A program made the position numbers and the translations under genes. From contig JBCCHT010000064.1 in assembly GCA_039028615.1 (NCBI GenBank), positions 1 through 45,854 on the forward strand: a stretch of 45,854 bases of DNA, given 5' to 3'. Origin of the DNA: Myxococcota bacterium (GTDB lineage: Bacteria > Myxococcota_A > Polyangia > Nannocystales > Nannocystaceae). This document shows positions 43,095 through 45,854 of this stretch, in pieces. Position 1 is the stretch's first letter; each line of letters opens with the position of its first letter. A model generated the notes under the pieces. The model saw only the letters and a program-made list of their open reading frames with translations, did not search any database and had not been told where the DNA came from.

Positions 43095-44330
43095 CTACGC
43101 TCCCGTCTCCTCGCCGGGGGCGGTCTCGTAGCCCATGCAGCCCCACATGCCGTCCGGCACACCCACGACACCGAGCGCGATCACTTCCGGCGGTGGCATC
43201 ATCATCCAGTCACCGGTCCACCAGACCTCCGCCCGTACCTCGACGCGGCCTTCGAGCAACGCAGCCTCATCGAGCGGTGGCAGCCAGAGGAACGCGTGCC
43301 GGCCTCCCGAGGGGCGCGAACGGTTGTCGTGCTCGACCCGACGGTCGGGTGCTTCGCCGTCGGCGAGCTGTTGCGCGACATTGGCATGGACTGGGAACAT
43401 CGAGATCGAGTCCCCATGGGGCGTGTCGTAGGCGCCGGTTGACCCCTCCCGTGTTCGTGCGCCGAAGAGCGCATGGTTCCAGGGGCAGCAGTTGATGATC
43501 TCCCGATAGGCACGCCAGTTCTCCGAACGCTGAGCGAAGGCTCGCGCTGCATCGAGGTCGTCGAGGACCAAGTACGCTGCGGTCGTGAGCGCCATCCGAG
43601 CGATCGCTTGGAGCGTGGACGCGCTGTTGTTGCCGCCGACCTGGTGGAACATGCCCGGCGTCGGGTAGTTGCCGGGGTCGGTCCACTCCGTCAGGTCCAC
43701 CGGACCGGGTTCGGGTCCGTCGGGCCATTCGGTGGGGTCATCGGGCTCCGATGGTGGTTGAATCGGCGGAAACACGGGAGGAGGCAACGGGCCTGGCCCC
43801 GGTCCGGGGGGCGTCGGAGGCTCGGGAGGAGTTGGGACGGGTGGAAACACCGGAGGAGGCAACGGGACCGGGCTGGGAGGATTGGCAGGCCGCGGCGGCC
43901 CCGGTGGGTCCTCCGGTTCTGGTTCTGCCGGGTGCTCTGGTTCTGTCGGCGGTTCGGGCGGTGACGGTGGCTCAGGGTCCACAGGTTCATCGGCCTCATT
44001 GGCTCGAACTCGTACGCGGGTCCGAATCCGGCTGAGGATGCAAAGTCCTCGATGGTCACCAGGCTCCGGTGGCCATGCCTGCGGCGTCCCTTCGGGGGTT
44101 TGTGGGTACGCATCACGGGCCGCGAGCAGGGCGAGCTCTTCGCTGTCGCGTTCGCCCTGTCGCCAAGCGCGATCGATGAAGACATCGACGTCATCGGGCC
44201 TCCATTCGTACTCGCCACACGAAAGCGACGGCAGGTTTCGGGGCGCCTTCTTGCGACCGATCTTCGAGCCGAGCCACTTGCGCCCGAAAGCACCGATGCC
44301 GAGGCCGATCAGTAGAGGTGTGATCGACAT
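43095..44330 (-). CDS. Membrane-anchored Pro-rich protein with LysM-like C-terminal domain
   Basis: MSITPLLIGLGIGAFG followed by RK; long Pro stalk; FHQVGGNNSASTLQAIARMAL...FLWLPPL. Confidence 0.72.
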   Translation of the reverse strand: MSITPLLIGLGIGAFGRKWLGSKIGRKKAPRNLPSLSCGEYEWRPDDVDVFIDRAWRQGERDSEELALLAARDAYPQTPEGTPQAWPPEPGDHRGLCILSRIRTRVRVRANEADEPVDPEPPSPPEPPTEPEHPAEPEPEDPPGPPRPANPPSPVPLPPPVFPPVPTPPEPPTPPGPGPGPLPPPVFPPIQPPSEPDDPTEWPDGPEPGPVDLTEWTDPGNYPTPGMFHQVGGNNSASTLQAIARMALTTAAYLVLDDLDAARAFAQRSENWRAYREIINCCPWNHALFGARTREGSTGAYDTPHGDSISMFPVHANVAQQLADGEAPDRRVEHDNRSRPSGGRHAFLWLPPLDEAALLEGRVEVRAEVWWTGDWMMMPPPEVIALGVVGVPDGMWGCMGYETAPGEETGA

Positions 44331-44848
44331 CAGAGCCCGCCCTCGTCGGTTTCATGACCGTCGTCGCCGCAGCTGCACGACCCCCCGCATTCGCCGGGGC
44401 TTTCGCTGAGTTCCAACGCAGGGTCTTCGACGCCGTCCGGTGTCTCGACGTAAGCATGAAACTGGCCGGGGATCGGTCGCCCACGGTCGAGTCGCTGAAC
44501 AATGACCGCGGTCGCCTCAGTGCCTTCGAGACGACGCCGTGCGGCACGCTCACAGGCCAGGTCGAAGCAGGTGCCTCGCTTGGCAGCATAGATGCCTCGA
44601 GCGTCGCGGATCGTCTGACACGGCGTCGCCCGTGGGCGGACGTCGCACGAGCCCGCTGTGCTGCCGCAGGGTTGCGGAGGCTCGTATTGGACCTCTCCGC
44701 ACCCAAGACAGCAGGGCAGCCTGTCGCCATCGTGGCTGATCTCCCAGACATTGATCTGGACCAAGGCTTCGGCGATCTCGGCGCATTGCTGAGCAAACTG
44801 CTCGTCATCCTCGCAGAGGAGCTGGATCTCGATGCTGCGGAGGTTCAT
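44330..44848 (-). CDS. Transglutaminase/papain-fold-like Cys-His-Asp protein
   Basis: GTCFDLACERAA, FHAYV and EDP in catalytic order; additional Cys clusters; ATGA overlap. Confidence 0.6.
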   Translation of the reverse strand: MNLRSIEIQLLCEDDEQFAQQCAEIAEALVQINVWEISHDGDRLPCCLGCGEVQYEPPQPCGSTAGSCDVRPRATPCQTIRDARGIYAAKRGTCFDLACERAARRRLEGTEATAVIVQRLDRGRPIPGQFHAYVETPDGVEDPALELSESPGECGGSCSCGDDGHETDEGGL

Positions 44849-45693
44849 AGGTCGAGCTCCCACTGAAAGACAAAGACCCGGGGCACGATGAGGGCAGGGC
44901 CGGTTGTGACGTGCGTCGCCGATTGCGGCACGAGCACGGTCGGCGTTGAGCCTGGGTCACGGGGGTCCATGAACATCTGCCGCAGCACGGGGCCGGTGAC
45001 CCCGACCCGAAACGACAGAGGCCCCAACGCTGCAAACCCGCTCCGCGTCACGGTCAGCCGCCGTGCAAACGGAGGCACATGGACCGAGCGGTCGGCCATT
45101 CCGGGGCTGACGCTGATGACCTGCGTCAGTGTTGGGCATCGAGCCGACGGAGGCCCCGAGCTCGGCGAAATCGTCCCCGTCACGAGCGAGTCGAGCACCA
45201 TCCCACCGACTCCGGGCTCACCGATCGGTCGCTGGTCGCCTTTGGCGACCTCTCGCATCCGCCCACGAGGTCCGACGATCTTGACGTCGACCTCTTGTCC
45301 TTCGATGGCCAACCGAATGCCCGAGCCCACATCGGCATCGACGGCGTGCCCCTGTCCCGTGCGCCCCCAGCCGATCCTCGCGCGGAGCAGTGAGGACGGC
45401 ACCGCGCTGGGACTTCGGGTGAGTTCGCCCCGTGAAAGCGGCGGTAGAGGTTGCTCTGAGATTCGCAGTGCTTCGATCGCCGAGATGGTGACGATCCACC
45501 ACCGCTCGGGGTTGTGGGTCGCCCGACACAGATTCTTGGTCTCGAACGCCGGCCCGTCATCGAGCGTCGCGAACGGAGGCGGAACCCCTTGGTTCCACAA
45601 GGTGAGGAGCTTGAGCTCGGACTCACTGTCATCGGACGGACTCGAGGTCACGGGCGGTGGAGTCCATGGAGGAGTGTGCGAAGGCGAACGCAT
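44845..45693 (-). CDS. Beta-rich hypothetical protein (candidate jelly-roll virion protein); start uncertain
   Basis: Alternating strands (LRARIGWG, VDVKIVG, VHVPPFARRLTV, VFVFQWELDL); no TM segment. Confidence 0.7.
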   Translation of the reverse strand: MRSPSHTPPWTPPPVTSSPSDDSESELKLLTLWNQGVPPPFATLDDGPAFETKNLCRATHNPERWWIVTISAIEALRISEQPLPPLSRGELTRSPSAVPSSLLRARIGWGRTGQGHAVDADVGSGIRLAIEGQEVDVKIVGPRGRMREVAKGDQRPIGEPGVGGMVLDSLVTGTISPSSGPPSARCPTLTQVISVSPGMADRSVHVPPFARRLTVTRSGFAALGPLSFRVGVTGPVLRQMFMDPRDPGSTPTVLVPQSATHVTTGPALIVPRVFVFQWELDL

Positions 45694-45765
45694 GGCGGCA
45701 CAGGTCTGAGAAAACGGGCGGAACAAATGCGCGACGAGTGGGAGTTCGGCGATGGGGGAAGCGGT

Positions 45766-45789
45766 GGGGGCGGCCGCGAGGTCGCCCCC
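45766..45789. other. Stable GC hairpin between two minus-strand genes
   Basis: GGGGGCGGCC-GCGA-GGTCGCCCCC. Confidence 0.6.
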
Positions 45790-45807
45790 CCCCCAGATTG
45801 GAGCGCG

Positions 45808-45854
45808 CTAGGTATCGCCCCACAGGGCCACGAAGGCGGGGACAGGGATCCCCC
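45808..45854 (-). CDS. 3' end of a gene entering from beyond the window
   Basis: Reads ..GIPVPAFVALWGDT* with TAG at 45808-45810, followed by the hairpin. Confidence 0.5.
   Translation of the reverse strand, partial: GIPVPAFVALWGDT

Larger units (their letters stand above)
32438..45854. mobile_element. Integrated element (putative non-tailed, membrane-containing provirus) at tRNA-Val; right end outside the window
   Basis: Integrase stop lies 26 bp past the tRNA 3' end; excisionase; arm-like repeats; abrupt switch to a co-directional run of unrecognised genes. The viral interpretation is inference. Confidence 0.85.

Noticed and set aside
32438..45854. Classical tailed prophage or conjugative ICE
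   Set aside because: No recognisable terminase, portal, HK97 capsid, tail, relaxase or T4SS motifs in the visible 13 kb; not excluded for the unseen part
32410..45854. attR duplicate of the tRNA 3' end
   Set aside because: I found no second copy by eye in this window, so the element boundary is unresolved

Overview
High-GC window whose gene content (Ser/Thr kinase-TPR pairs, ECF sigma factor, vWA and acidic-linker lipoproteins) suggests a myxobacterium (Myxococcota, Nannocystaceae-like; this is inference). It has two parts. (1) 1-32.3 kb is host chromosome: a Fur-box-controlled iron-uptake locus (TonB-dependent receptor, lipoprotein, PepSY-TM protein), LysR, TPR lipoprotein, a stand-alone class II terpene cyclase-like gene, CHAD protein, ECF sigma factor with two membrane Ser/Thr kinases, AI-2E transporter, Cu-monooxygenase-like lipoprotein, LytTR, S41 peptidase, Dabb, vWA, Rieske protein, alpha/beta hydrolase, a REP-like tandem hairpin array and ridA. 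(2) From tRNA-Val(CAC) at 32364-32437 to the window end is the left part of an integrated element: a tyrosine integrase with arm-type repeats, an excisionase, and a tightly coupled minus-strand run of 15 mostly unrecognisable genes. Ten of the 15 have a single terminal or near-terminal hydrophobic segment, and the run includes a membrane-anchored lytic transglycosylase, a histone-H1-like protein, a LysM-like Pro-rich protein, a Cys-His-Asp transglutaminase-like enzyme and a beta-rich, possibly jelly-roll protein. No tailed-phage or conjugation hallmark is visible. My best hypothesis is a temperate, non-tailed, membrane-containing provirus; the capsid and packaging genes and attR would lie beyond the window, so this is unproven. 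All protein assignments come from motif recognition by eye, not database searches.
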